From an uncultured Collinsella sp. (lineage in GTDB: Bacteria > Actinomycetota > Coriobacteriia > Coriobacteriales > Coriobacteriaceae), in the NCBI GenBank assembly GCA_900761995.1, contig CAAFEY010000184.1, positions 458 to 64,457 of the forward strand: a stretch of 64,000 nucleotides of DNA, given 5' to 3'. The notes under the pieces were generated by a model. That model saw only the letters and a program-made list of their open reading frames with translations. It was not told the DNA's origin and did not search any database. Numbering within the stretch: position 1 is the first letter of the stretch; every line of letters begins with the position of its first letter. A program made the translations under genes and the position numbers. Shown piece after piece: positions 19,098 to 30,900 of this stretch.

Positions 19098-20147
19098 ATG
19101 AACGACATTCTCGCAAGAAGAGCAAGACGAGCAACTATGGGCATCGCCCTTTCCGTGGCACTTGCCGCGGGAATCGCCCCCGCAACGGCGATAGCGGCAG
19201 AAGCCAACTCCCCTGTCGGTGCGGTCGCCTTGCAGGCAGCGGCCGCGAACTCGAGCGAAACCGCGGCAGCCGAAAAAGAAAAAGCGTATGCAGCCATGCA
19301 GGAAGCGCTCAAAAACCTCGAGGCCGCAAAAAAGGCCGCGAGTTCCGAGAAAATTGCGCGCTTTAATAATGACATTGCCCGTTTTCAAGAGTACCGCGAC
19401 GAGATGTTGGCGCAAGCCGCCGAATTGAGGGAATCCCTTCCCACCATGCAAGCGGACATCGATGCAGCCCAAGCCAAATACGACGAGGCCGGCAACCGGG
19501 TAAGCGAGCTCCAGGCAAAATTAGACAACAAACTTGAGGTGCTTAAGGCACTCGAAGCACTCGGCGACGAGGAGCTTGTCAAAACTGTTAAACAGCAAAT
19601 AAGGCAGTTGCAAAATGAGATCGTAGGGGCAAAAGCGTATGTAGATCATTGTGAAACGGAGCTTGACGAGTTCCAGCGCCGCCTCAAAAGTCAGGAAAGA
19701 CGAGTTAATGACTGTGAAAGTTCTGCAGAGAACTATAAAGCCCGTATCGACCAGTTCATAGCCTGGCGAGATGCGCTCCTCGACAATTTGGAAAAAGCGC
19801 AAGCGGCCTATGACGACGCCTGCAAGGCATACGAAGAGGCAAAAGCCGCAGCAGACAAGGCCACCTCGCCCGAGATAACGAAACCCACCGAGACAACGCC
19901 TCCCTCCGGCTCGGCGCAACCGGCCGAGACGGCACAGCCCGCCAGCTCGCCCGCGACCGGCAAAGACGCAGCACCGAGCTCCGCCAAGCAGGCGAACTCG
20001 AGCAACGGCAAGCAAGCGAATACGACCGCCGGCAAGCTCGCAAACACAGGCGACACAACGCCGAGCGCAATCGCACTCGCAGCAGTCGCCGCCGCAGGCC
20101 TCGGAATAACCGCCACAGCCACACGCCGCATCAAGAACTCAAAATAG
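19098..20147 (+). CDS. Sortase-anchored coiled-coil surface protein, paralogue 1
   Basis: Signal peptide, heptad-rich core, Pro/Thr/Ser linker, LANTG followed by a TM helix and RRIKNSK. Confidence 0.88.
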   Translation: MNDILARRARRATMGIALSVALAAGIAPATAIAAEANSPVGAVALQAAAANSSETAAAEKEKAYAAMQEALKNLEAAKKAASSEKIARFNNDIARFQEYRDEMLAQAAELRESLPTMQADIDAAQAKYDEAGNRVSELQAKLDNKLEVLKALEALGDEELVKTVKQQIRQLQNEIVGAKAYVDHCETELDEFQRRLKSQERRVNDCESSAENYKARIDQFIAWRDALLDNLEKAQAAYDDACKAYEEAKAAADKATSPEITKPTETTPPSGSAQPAETAQPASSPATGKDAAPSSAKQANSSNGKQANTTAGKLANTGDTTPSAIALAAVAAAGLGITATATRRIKNSK

Positions 20148-20191
20148 CTGCCAGCGGTTATTGTTTTCGCCAATCCACAAACCCAGAGACA

Positions 20192-20231
20192 AAAAGGCCC
20201 GTTTCCCCAACCCAGGAAAACGGGCCTCTTT
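20192..20231 (+). terminator. Intrinsic terminator
   Basis: AGGCCCGTTT...AAACGGGCCT-CTTT. Confidence 0.7.
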
Positions 20232-20445
20232 ACTTGGAAAAACAGATGATAATGCCACCGTCTCTTGAACCACGCAGCCATCAATGCCCAGACAACACTA
20301 GCAAGCCGCGTTCCTTAAGGGATAGATTTAATGGCTGTTAATCAAGGGATATACGCGCACGCCCGATCAATGGCGGGCAAACCGCCTGATATACTTACAT
20401 TAGTGCTACCAAGTTAGTCGCCGACCCTTGAAATGAGGTGCCGAG

Positions 20446-21459
20446 ATGAACGACATTCTCGCAAGAAGTGCAAGACGCGCAACCGTGGGCATCGCCCTTT
20501 CCGCGGCACTTGTCGCGGGAATCGCCCCCGCAACGGCGATCGCGGCGGAAACCAGTTCCCCCACCGGTGCAGTTGCCTTGCAGGCGGAAGATGCGGCCAC
20601 CGCAAAAGAAAAAGCGTATGCAGCCATGCAGGAAGCGCTCAAAAACCTCGAGGCCGCAAAAGTTGCCGCAAGTCCCGAGAAACTTGCGGCAATCGATGAT
20701 GACATTGCCGCTTTTCAAGAGATCTACGACATGGTGGCGGCGGAAGCCGCCAAACGGAGGGAACGCCTTCCCGCCATGCAAGCGAACGTCGATGCAGCCC
20801 AAGCCAAATACGATGAGGCCCACAGCCGGACAAGCGGCCTTCAGGCAGAATTAGATAAGGCACTTGAAGCACTCGGCGACGAGGAGCCCAGCACAGCTAC
20901 TAAAGAGCATATTAAGCAGTTGCGACGTGAGATCATGTCGGCAGAAAGGCGAGAGAAATCTTGTGAAGATGATCTTCACTCCTACCGACGCCGGCTCGAA
21001 AGCCAGGAAAGACAGGTTCAGGATTCCGAAAGTGAGGCGCAGGAAGCCAAAGCCCACATCGACGAGGACATAGCCAAGCGAGATGCGCTCCTCGGCGATT
21101 TGGAAAAGGCGCAAGCGGCCTATGACGATGCCTGCAAAGCATACGAAGAGGCAAAGGCCGCGGCAGACAAGGCCACCTCGCCCGAGATAGCGAAACCGAC
21201 CGAGACAGTGCCTCCCTCCGGCTCAGCGCAACCCGCCGAGGCGACACCGCCCGTTGGCTCACCTGCAACCGGCAAAGACGCCCTACCAAGCTCCACCAAG
21301 CAAGCGAACACAAGCAGCGGCAAGCAAGCAGATACGACCGCCGGCAAGCTCGCAAACACGGGCGACACAGCACCGAGCGCAATCGCACTCGTAGCAGTCG
21401 CCGCCGCAGGCCTCGGAATAACCGCCACTGCCACACGCCGCATCAAGAACTCAAAATAG
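20446..21459 (+). CDS. Sortase-anchored coiled-coil surface protein, paralogue 2
   Basis: Same architecture and near-identical termini as 19098-20147. Confidence 0.88.
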   Translation: MNDILARSARRATVGIALSAALVAGIAPATAIAAETSSPTGAVALQAEDAATAKEKAYAAMQEALKNLEAAKVAASPEKLAAIDDDIAAFQEIYDMVAAEAAKRRERLPAMQANVDAAQAKYDEAHSRTSGLQAELDKALEALGDEEPSTATKEHIKQLRREIMSAERREKSCEDDLHSYRRRLESQERQVQDSESEAQEAKAHIDEDIAKRDALLGDLEKAQAAYDDACKAYEEAKAAADKATSPEIAKPTETVPPSGSAQPAEATPPVGSPATGKDALPSSTKQANTSSGKQADTTAGKLANTGDTAPSAIALVAVAAAGLGITATATRRIKNSK

Positions 21460-21503
21460 CTGCCAGCGGTTATTGTCTTCGCCAATCCACAAGCCCAGAG
21501 ACA

Positions 21504-21543
21504 AAAGAGGTCCGTTTCCCCACCTAGGGAAACGGACCTCTTT
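21504..21543 (+). terminator. Intrinsic terminator
   Basis: AAAGAGGTCCGTTTCCC...GGGAAACGGACCTCTTT. Confidence 0.75.
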
Positions 21544-21664
21544 AACTGCAAAAATTCAAACAACAGCACCGCCGCCTCTTAAACTACGTAGCCATCAATG
21601 CCCAGACAACGCCAGCGAGCAGCAAAAGGCACGGGATTAAATTATTCAGATAAATGTGACCCTT

Positions 21665-21803
21665 CAGGCGGTTTTGGTCGGCTACCCGCGAGTGCCGGCA
21701 GGGCGCTTGGTAGTCGAGCGATCCCGCAGGCGAAGCCGAGGACCAGCGAGACACCAAGCGCCCTGCCGGCACTCGCGGGTAGCCGCGGCACCAAAAAACG
21801 CCT
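21665..21803. repeat. Long hairpin (MITE/REP-like) with a perfect 32-bp inverted repeat
   Basis: GGCTACCCGCGAGTGCCGGCAGGGCGCTTGGT (21680-21711) and its exact reverse complement (21753-21784). Imperfect outer arms extend the stem. Confidence 0.8.
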
Positions 21804-21996
21804 GCGCACTCGATGGATTCGGATGCCCGACAGAGGCTCCTTATGGCTGCTTCCTTCCGGACCTGACCAGATTCGGAACATGTCGTCATCCGAACCCATC
21901 GAACGCGCTAGGCGCTCGGTATATCTTACCTGCTCCCGTCCGCCACGGCAAGTGGGGCGAACCCATCGGATGGATTCGCCCCACTCGTCCATATCG

Positions 21997-24900
21997 CTAG
22001 CGGCGCCTGCGGTACAGGACCGCGCCGCCCGCGACGGTCAGAGCGCCGATGCCGGCCATGGCACCGAGCGCCTCGACCGGCAGGCTGCGGTCGCCGGTGT
22101 CGGGCATACCGCCCTTGGAGCCGCTGCCGGAGCCGTTATCTGAACCGCCGCCCGAGCCGCCACCCGGCGTGCCGGGGTTCTCGGGGGTGCCGGGGGTGCC
22201 GGGCTCCTCGGTGTAGCTGTTGGTGAAGACCGGCGGCAGGTTGGCGTCGCCCTCGTAGGAGACCTTCGCCGACAGATAGCCCGTCTTGGTGCCGTCTGCC
22301 GCCTCGTCGCTCACCGTGACGACGATCTTGTGCACCGCCTTGTCGTAGGTCACGTGCGCCTGGCCGTCGTCGACCTCGCTCACCGTGAAGGTGTAGGTGC
22401 CAGCCTGCTTGAAGGTCAGCGCATCGAACGTGACGCTGCCGTCCGCGGCATTCTTGGCGGTCGACATGACCTTGCCGTCCCGGCCCTTGAGCTCAAAGCT
22501 AAACTGGCCCGCCTTGAGCTCGGCGCCCTTGAGCACCTTGGCGGCGCCCAGCTTGAGGGTGACGGGTGCGGCCTCGTAGCCGTTGGTAAAGGTCACCGAG
22601 GTGTCGCCCACGGCATTGCCCTCGGCATCCGCCAGCTCGTGCTTGACGGCGAGCGTACCGTTTTTGGCATCGGTGACCGTCGTGCGCACGCGGTACGTCG
22701 CCTTGTCGTATGTCACGCCGCCCGCCGTGCCGGCGACCTCGCGCAACTCGTAGCTGTGCATGCCGGGCGCGGTGTAGGTGACGGGGCTGAGCGCGACCGT
22801 GCCGTCGGCGGCGTTCTTGCCCGTCGCCGCGACGCTCTCGCTGCCGTCGGCGGCAAGCTCGACCAACTGGAACTCGAACTCGCCCTCGGCCAGGTCACGG
22901 CCCTTGAGCTTCTTGTTCACCTTGATCTGGTCGGTGACGGAGCTCGGCGTCGGGTTCACGCCGTAGGTGTTGGTGAACCCGAACGCGCCCTTGCCCTCGG
23001 GCGTGCCCTCTGCGGGCAGGACCTCCGCGGCGAGCGTGCCCGCGTTAGTGTCCTCGACCACCTTGACCGTGAAGGTCCTCGTCGCCGTCGCGTCGTTGAC
23101 CACGCCGTCGACCGAACCGGACTCGCTCACCCGGTAGGCGAACGTCTTGGTGCGCAGACCTTGGCCGTCGATCTCGGCGTCGTCGAGGTCGCTCGGCTGC
23201 TTAAACGTGACGTGGCCCAGCTCGACGTTGCCGGCGGCGTCGTTGGTCGCCTCGGTTACCGTCTTGCCGGAGGCGTCGACCGGCGCGGGCGCGCCGTCCA
23301 GCGGCTCAATCTTAAAGGTGTACTTGCCCTCGATGTCGGCCTGCGTGAGGCCGAGTCCGGCCTGGCCGAACGCCAGCGTCTTGGTACCCGCGAGGTCGAC
23401 CGGCGCCTCGTCGGCGCGGTAGCCGTTCACGAACGACAGCTTGCCGTCGGAGCCCTCGGGGTAGACCACGGCCACATCCAGCCCGCCCTTGCCGTTATCG
23501 GTCGCCTTGACCGTGATGTCAAAGCTCGACGCGGTCGCCGTCACGCCCGCGGGCAGCGCCGCCGTGTCCTCGGAAACGGTATAGGGGATGGACCAGGAGC
23601 CGTCGGCCGCCTTGGTGGCGGTGCCGTCCTTCACCATCTGCTCGAGCGAGCCGGTGGTGTAGGCGATGGGCGAGAATGTGAGCGCCGCGGCCTCGCCGTC
23701 GCCGGAGGCCCGGTTGGAGGCGGTCGCGACCGGGTTGCCCTGGGCATCGCGGACGGAGAACGAGAACTCGCCCGCCGCCGCGGCTCGGCCCGTCAGCGTC
23801 TTGGTGGCGTTAATTGCCACGTTGCCCTCGCCGCCAAGCGTTCCGGTGGCCTCGTAGGAGTTCTGGAACGCGACCGTCACGGGCGCGGGCGCCGACGTGG
23901 CGTCATCTGCCGTGGAGACCTCGCTGCGTGCGACCTCGACACCGTCCTTGGCAACCGCGGTCGTGACCGTGAGTCTGCCCGTCGCGGCGTCGTAGGTGGG
24001 CGCGATGGTCACCGTGCGCGGCGCGGTGTCGTTGGCGTAGCCCTCGCCGCCGAGCTTGGTCTCGGTGACGGTGAAGCTGTAGGTCTTGCCCGCGTCGGCG
24101 TCGGTGAACTTCACGTCGCCCTTGGCGTCGCTGCCGATGAGGTCGACCAGGTCGGCCGCGCCGTCATCGGCCGCGGCCACGGCGTAGGCGTCCCCGTCGG
24201 TCTTGAGGCCGAGCTTGGCGGCCGTCTCAGCGTCCGCGGTCACGGTGAAGGCGAACTGCCCCGCCTCCATGGCGCGGCCGGAGAGCGTCTTGGACAGGCG
24301 CACGCCCGCACGGGCCGAGTAGTCGAGCTCGGTCGTGTAGGTGTTGACGAAGTCGCCGCCGCTCACCTCCGCGATCGCGGGCGTCGTGGCCGTGAGGTTG
24401 CCGGAGCCGTCATCGGTCACGGTCACCGTCATCGTGGCGACGTGGCCGTCGTAGGCCACGCCGGCGATGGCAGAGCCGTCATCGGGCCTGACCTCGCGCA
24501 CCGTGTAGGTGAAGGTCTTGGCGCGCACGCGCTTGCCGCCGACCTCGGCGAACCCAGCATCCTTGATGTCATCGAGCGTGTAGCGGATGGGGCCGAAGTC
24601 GAAGGCGACCCTATCGCCCGCCTTGGTGCCGGCGGCCGTCACGCTGACGGTCTTGGAGCCGTCGGCAGATCCCTCGGGCATGGGCGCGCCGTCCTCGCCC
24701 GCGAGCGCGAACTGGAAGCTGTCGCCCTCCGCCCAGTCGCGACCCCTGAGCGTCTTGGTGAAGAGCCCCGCGGTGGAGACGTCCCTGCCCTCGGCGGCCG
24801 TTCCGTACGTATTGGTGAACGCGACGGTCGCGCCGTCCTCGGTCACGGCGCCCTCGGCCTTGGAGCCGTCAGCCCCGTTGACCGCGGTCGTGTAGCCCTC

Positions 24901-27900
24901 GGCGGCGTCCTCGGCCACGGTGTAGCGCGCGCCCACAGGCAGGCCGGCGACGGTCTTCCCCTCGCCGTCCTTAAGCTTGAAGGCCACCTTGCCGTCCGCG
25001 AACGTCACGGCGTGCTCGCCCTTTCCGAAGGTGCCGGAGACGGGCTCGCCGTCCCCGTCGGTCAGCGCGACCGTAAAGCCGAACTCGCGCTGGCTGTCGC
25101 CGCCGACGACGGTCTTCTTGACGGTGAGGCTGCCGGTCTTGGCGGTGTTGGTAAAGATGGCCGCCTCGACCGTGCGCTCAGCAGCATCGCCCGCATCGTC
25201 AGTCAGCTGTGCAATCTCGGTCTTGGCAGACAGCTTACCGGCGTCGTCGTCGGTCACCGTGACGGTGACACGATAGGTGGCCTTCGAGAACGTGAGTGCT
25301 GCCTCGTCACCCGGCTGCTCGGTAATCACATAGGTATAGGTACCGGGCTTGGCGTACTCGATGGTACCGAAGTTGCCGACCTGGGCATCCTTGTGCAGCT
25401 CAATCGTCGACACGCCGTCCTTGGCGCCCTTGGGCATGGGTGCCTCGCCTTGGGCAGTCAGCGTCATGGTAAAGGCATCCGATGTCATCCAGTTGCGTCC
25501 GGAGATCTTCTTTTGCACCTTAAAAGCGTTTTCCACCTTTGTGGACTCCACGCTGTAGACGTTGGTGAAGCCCACCTGCGTCGCCTGTCCGACGGTACCC
25601 TTCTGGGGGTTCGCCTTATCGACAACCGCAAAGCCGTCTTCGCTCGTCATGAGCTCACCCTTGGAGTTGAGCTCCCGCACCTCGTAGTGAGCACCCGCAG
25701 GCAAGGTAACCGTGACGGAGCCGCCAGCCTTGAGCGTGATGGTGTCACCGCTCTTGATCTGTCCGCTTACATAAGTGCCATTGGTGCCACTGGGGCGACC
25801 GGCGTACGCAAAGGTGCCGGCCAGAGGCGTTGTGCCATCGGCCTGGTAGAGCAGTACCTTAAAGGTAAATGCCTTGTTGGGCGCGGTGATGCCTTCGGCG
25901 GCCGTGACCGTCTTGCTCAACGTCAGGCGCCCGTCAGAGACCTCATCGGTAGTGGTGTTAGTCTTGACGGCAGGGTTGTTGCCGACCGTCACCGACGCCT
26001 GGTTGGAAATATTGCCCGAAGCGCCACCGCTCTTAAACGCGTCCTCGGTCACGCGGACCTTAAACTGAACCGTACCCTCCTTGCCGGCGGGAACGTCCGC
26101 CAGCGTCCAGGTGAGCTTGCCGTCATTGTCCTTGGAGCCGGCATCCTTATGGTCGCCGGCGAACTCCACGAACTCGGTTCCCGCGGGAACGGTATCGGTG
26201 ATCGTCACCGTGGCAGACACGCCCTCAGTGTTCTTGTAGCCGATGGTGTAGGTGAGCTCGTCGCCCAGCGCCACACCCGACCCCGTCGAATCCTGAGCAT
26301 CGCTCTCGGACTTCTTGGGCACGTAGTTGGTCGTGGTGCCGGTATAGCTCTTGTTGTCAGCCCAAACGGTGGCAGTGTTATTGATGGTGTCGACAGCGCT
26401 TTGGGCGTCCTTCACAGCGTCCTCGGTAATCTTGACGCGCACGCGCACCGAACCGTGGCTGCCCGCGGGTTGCTTACCCAGGTTCCAAGTAAGCGACTGG
26501 CCGCTCGCGGCGCCCTTATCAGCATACTCGCCCTCAAAGGCCTCGAACACGACGCCCGTGGGAAGCTCGTCGTTCACTGTCACGAAGGCATCGGCTTCGG
26601 TATTGGCCCAGTTGATGGTATAGACGTAGGAGTCGCCCACAGAGAGCAACTGCCCGTCGATGTCCACATCGGGCTTCGCGACCGTGCCAATCGTCTTGAC
26701 CTTATCACGCGTGTTGTGGAAAACGATCTTGCCGTTCTCGGTACCATCGCGATAGGTCACCTTGAACGTCAGCTTGCCGTTGTTGTTGTCGGTCACCTCG
26801 AGCAGCACCCGACACGTCGCAGACGTATCCACGGGACGCACGCCCGCGGGCAGGTTGGCCAAGCGCTCCTTTGCCACCAGGTTAAAGCTGTAGGTGGTGG
26901 TGTGGTCGGCATTGTGTCGTTTGATGGCAATGCCATCGTTGACGGCGCTGGCAAGGTCAATCGCCTGCCCATCAGTTCCGCTGGTAGCATCACCAAGCTT
27001 AAAGTAAACCTTGCCGAAGTCGACCGTTGCGGTACCGTTCTCGCCCGCCTGGGTCGTGCCCTCATCCTTCTTTTCGAGCGAGCCATCGGCCTTCTCGGCA
27101 TATAGGTCAAACGTATACTGGCCAGCCTCGATCTTGTCGCCGGAGTCCATCACCTTCTCGGCGGTAAGGCCCTCGAATTTTCCGGTTGCAGCATAGTTGT
27201 TGGTAAAGAACACCTTTGCCTTGGCAGCACTGTTCTCGGAGCTAAAGGGCTTCGTATCGCGGGGCTCTTCAACTTCGTTGGCGTCATAGTGCTTGACCGT
27301 GGTCACGGTATAGAGCGAACCGTCGCCGCGCTTCTTAACCGCAATCTCTACCATCCAATAGGTGGAGTCGTATGTATAGCCGCCCTTGCCGCCGTCATTC
27401 TCAACAACCTTGTAGGTGAACGTCTTGTCTGCATCATCCGTCGCGAAGGTCAGGCCGCCCAAAATACCGGTATGGGACGTGCCATCGGCCTGCGGTTCAT
27501 CGTTTGTCACGGTGAGCTTGCCTTCATCCGCGCGCAGCAGCTTGTTGAGCTTTTCGATTGAAGCATCACCCTCGCCCGTCACCGTAAAGCCAAACATGCC
27601 GGCATGCAGGTCGTGCCCGTTAAGCGTCTTGACGATCTCAAGACCGCCTTGGAGCTCGTAGCTCGTTGAAGTTTGGTAACTATTGGTGAAGATGAAGCCT
27701 TCCGAGCCGGTCGCACCATCGGCGCGGGCCACAAGCTTGCCGCCCTCATCGGTTACGGTAACGGTCACGGTATAGATGTGCTGGTCATACTTCCACTCGC
27801 CGAGGCCGCTGTTCGGGGCCAGCTCATTAATAGCAAACTTATACGTGCCCGGTTTGTTAAAGGTAAGCTTCGAGAAATCGACCTGATAGTGCTCCCCGTC

Positions 27901-30900
27901 CTTGAGGCCCTCCTTCGTTTGCTTCTTCTCGGCATAGCCGTTGTCCACGCTCATCGAAGAGCCGGTGATGAGCTTGCTGTCGACAGCAGCCCGGGTAGCA
28001 TCGTCAGCCGCGGTCATGGCAAAGGTGAACTTGCCCGGAGCATTGGCACCGACAACTACCTTTGTCACAGACGGAGTGTAGGTCGCCGCCTCGGTAACCG
28101 TATAGGTGTTCTTGAATTTGACCGTCGCGACACCGGTGGACGTTGCATCCGAGGGGTAGATCCACTGACCCTCAAGCTCGTCGCCACCGTCACCCGGCTT
28201 GCTTACCGACGTCGTGACCCTGAGCGTACCGTCGCCGCTATCCGCCACGACAGCCTTAACCGTATGGACCGTCTCGTCGTACTTATAGCCCGTCGCTTTG
28301 TCGTCAATCTCGCTCACCGTATAGGTGAACGTCTTGCCGGCATCATCCTGAGTGAAGGTCAGCCCGCCCGCAGGTACCAAACTCACGGTCTTGGGAGCAT
28401 CGGCCTCGACGCTTGCGGTCTCAAAGACCTTGCCGTCCGTGGAAATGCCAACCTTGCTGGCAGATGTCTTGTCGGCAGGCTTGACGATATAACGGAACGT
28501 GCTCTTAGGCGAACCAAAAATGGTCGCGTCCTTGGGATACGTCAGCGTTTTCTCGATCTGCAGGCCACCAGCGGCGCCATAGTCGAGGCTTGCCGCATAA
28601 CGGTTCACAAACGAGACAGTAGGCGTCGTGGCGCCGGCCTCACTTGCATCGTACTGCTGCACGTAAGTATTCGGTTTTTGCTTGAGCTCGACGATCTTTT
28701 CATCCGTCAACTTACTCGCATCGGTGCCATCGCCCAGCAGCTCCGTCACACCCGCGCCCTTGAGCACGGTCGTCACGGTGTAGAGCTTAGCGGGGTCGTT
28801 CTCGCGTGCAAGAACCTTGACGAGCACGATAGCGTCACCAGTGTAGCCGGTGTCATAGGTGTAGCCGGCAGCAGCAGGCTGGTTCTCGTGAATGCGATAG
28901 GCAAATGTACGGCCAAGGTCCTGTTCCGTGAGGTCGCGGGCAAAGAGCTTCTCTTGCCCGCTTGCGCTCACCACAGCGCCGGACACGCCGGCCCCTGCCA
29001 CCTTATTGGACAGGCTGGCCTCGGAGCCATCGACCGACGTCTGAACGCCGTTGTACCAAAGGCCCGTCACGGCAAAGGTAAACTGGCCCGCGGTAGAGGC
29101 GCGACCCTCAAGAGTCTTGCTCACCGTCACGCCATCAAAGGTGCCCGATGCACGGTACGCGTTGGTAAAGGCAGCCTTGTCGGTTACGATCTTGTCCGCA
29201 TCGGAGGCACCGGTGTTGGCGTAGGTCACGCTCGACACACGCAGCTTGCCCGTGTGGTTGCCCGACTCGTCCAGATCGGTCACCACAACGGTCGCGCGGG
29301 CGGTGTGCTTGTCCATGGACATGCCCGCCTGGCCATCCTGCGCAGCATTCTCGGTAATGTTGAAGCTAAAGGTGCCCGCGCGGTTGAACGTCACGGTCGG
29401 GGCGGCTTCGGTGCCAAAGGCAAACGAGGCCACGCGTCCCGACTCGGGCGCGCTGGCGACTGCCTGGCTGGCGTTAATAGCGACAGCCCCGTCTGCCACC
29501 GCCTGCGCAGTGGTCTTGTTCAGACCAGTCACGCCGGCATCGTCCGTAGCGGCGGCAAGGTTAAAGGTGTAGCTCTCGCCCTGGTTCCAGTCGCGACCGC
29601 TCACGGTCTTTTGGCCCTGCAGGGTCACGCTCGTGGGCTCCACACTATATATATTGGTAAAGACGGGCGTGTCATTCTCGTCCAGCTGCTTCACCGTGCC
29701 GTCCGTCTCGGCCTTGTAGTACTCAACCGAGGTCTGGATGCCGGCGCCCTTTGCGACATTGCGCACCACGGCGTAATAGACCGATTCGTCGTAGGTCACA
29801 CCCGCGACACTGCCGGGGTTCTCAGTGGGCTTGTTCTCAGTGAGCGTGTACACATAGGCGTGTCCCGCATCCTTATTGACGGTATAGGAGGTCGCCGGCC
29901 ACCTCACCTCGCCGTCGGCGTTATTGCCCACGGTCGCGGTGTTACCCTCGGTGCCCTGAGGCATGGGGGCCTCGATGCTCGTGTCGATCGTATCGGGGCT
30001 GAACGTTGCGTTGGCATCCTTGTAGCCACCCATGCCCTCGAGCGTAAAGCCAAAGGTGTTCTGGGTAAGCGGGAGCGTTCTGGCGTTGTCGGTCAGGTTC
30101 TTTTTTGCATGGATGGTGATGTCCTTCTCATACTCGTCGTAGCGGTTGGTGAAGGTAGCTACCTTATCGGTAACCTCCTTCTTAGTCTCGGCGCCCGCGT
30201 CGTCACGTACCTGCATCACCTTCACGCTCGTAACGACCAGGGCACCGGCTTGGTTGTCCTCAACCACGACCGTTGCGGTATAGACAGCGGCAGAATAGCT
30301 TATGCCGTCCGCCCTGGCATCGGAGCCGGGGATAACCTCCGAGATGGTATAGATGTAGGTGCCCGGCTTGAAATAGGTGATGTCGCCAAACGTTGCCGTC
30401 TTATAGGTGGTGTCGTCAAACTTTGCCGTCGGGGCTTTCTCGGTGATCTCGACCGTCGACACCTTGCTCTTGGCGCCATTGGGCATGGGGACGCCGTCAT
30501 CGGCCGTAAGCTGCACGGTAAAGGTATCGGAATCGTTCCAATCGCGGCCGTTGAGCCTCTTCTTGACGCTCAGGCGATCTTTGGCATCAAGCGTTACCGA
30601 GCTGGCGCTGTAGTTGTTGGTGAACTCAAGCTTGTTGCTCGCGGGAATCTCTCCACCCTCGAGCTTGCCGATCTTACCCGTGATGGTGTTGCCGGTTCCC
30701 GTCTGCTCCACGCCGCCGGCCTTACGGCTCACAAGGCTAAAGCCGGCCGGAAGCACCGACTCGTCGGCAGAGCCGGTCACAGTGTTAACGATGCTCGCCA
30801 GCACATTGCCACCGGACTCCTCGCCCTTAGTGGTGAGCTCGCTCACGCTATAGCTGTCGCCCTTCATAAGGTCGTATACGCGGATGGTCTCGCCGGCCTT

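Larger units (their letters stand above)
19031..21620 (+). repeat. Tandem duplication of a promoter+CDS+terminator unit (about 19031-20305 and 20379-21620)
   Basis: Shared start AAACCGCCTGATATACTTAC (19031, 20379) and shared end GCCATCAATGCCCAGACAAC. Confidence 0.9.

Noticed and set aside
19098..21459. Diversity-generating retroelement template/variable repeat pair
   Set aside because: No reverse transcriptase is present, differences are not adenine-specific, and both copies are full genes.
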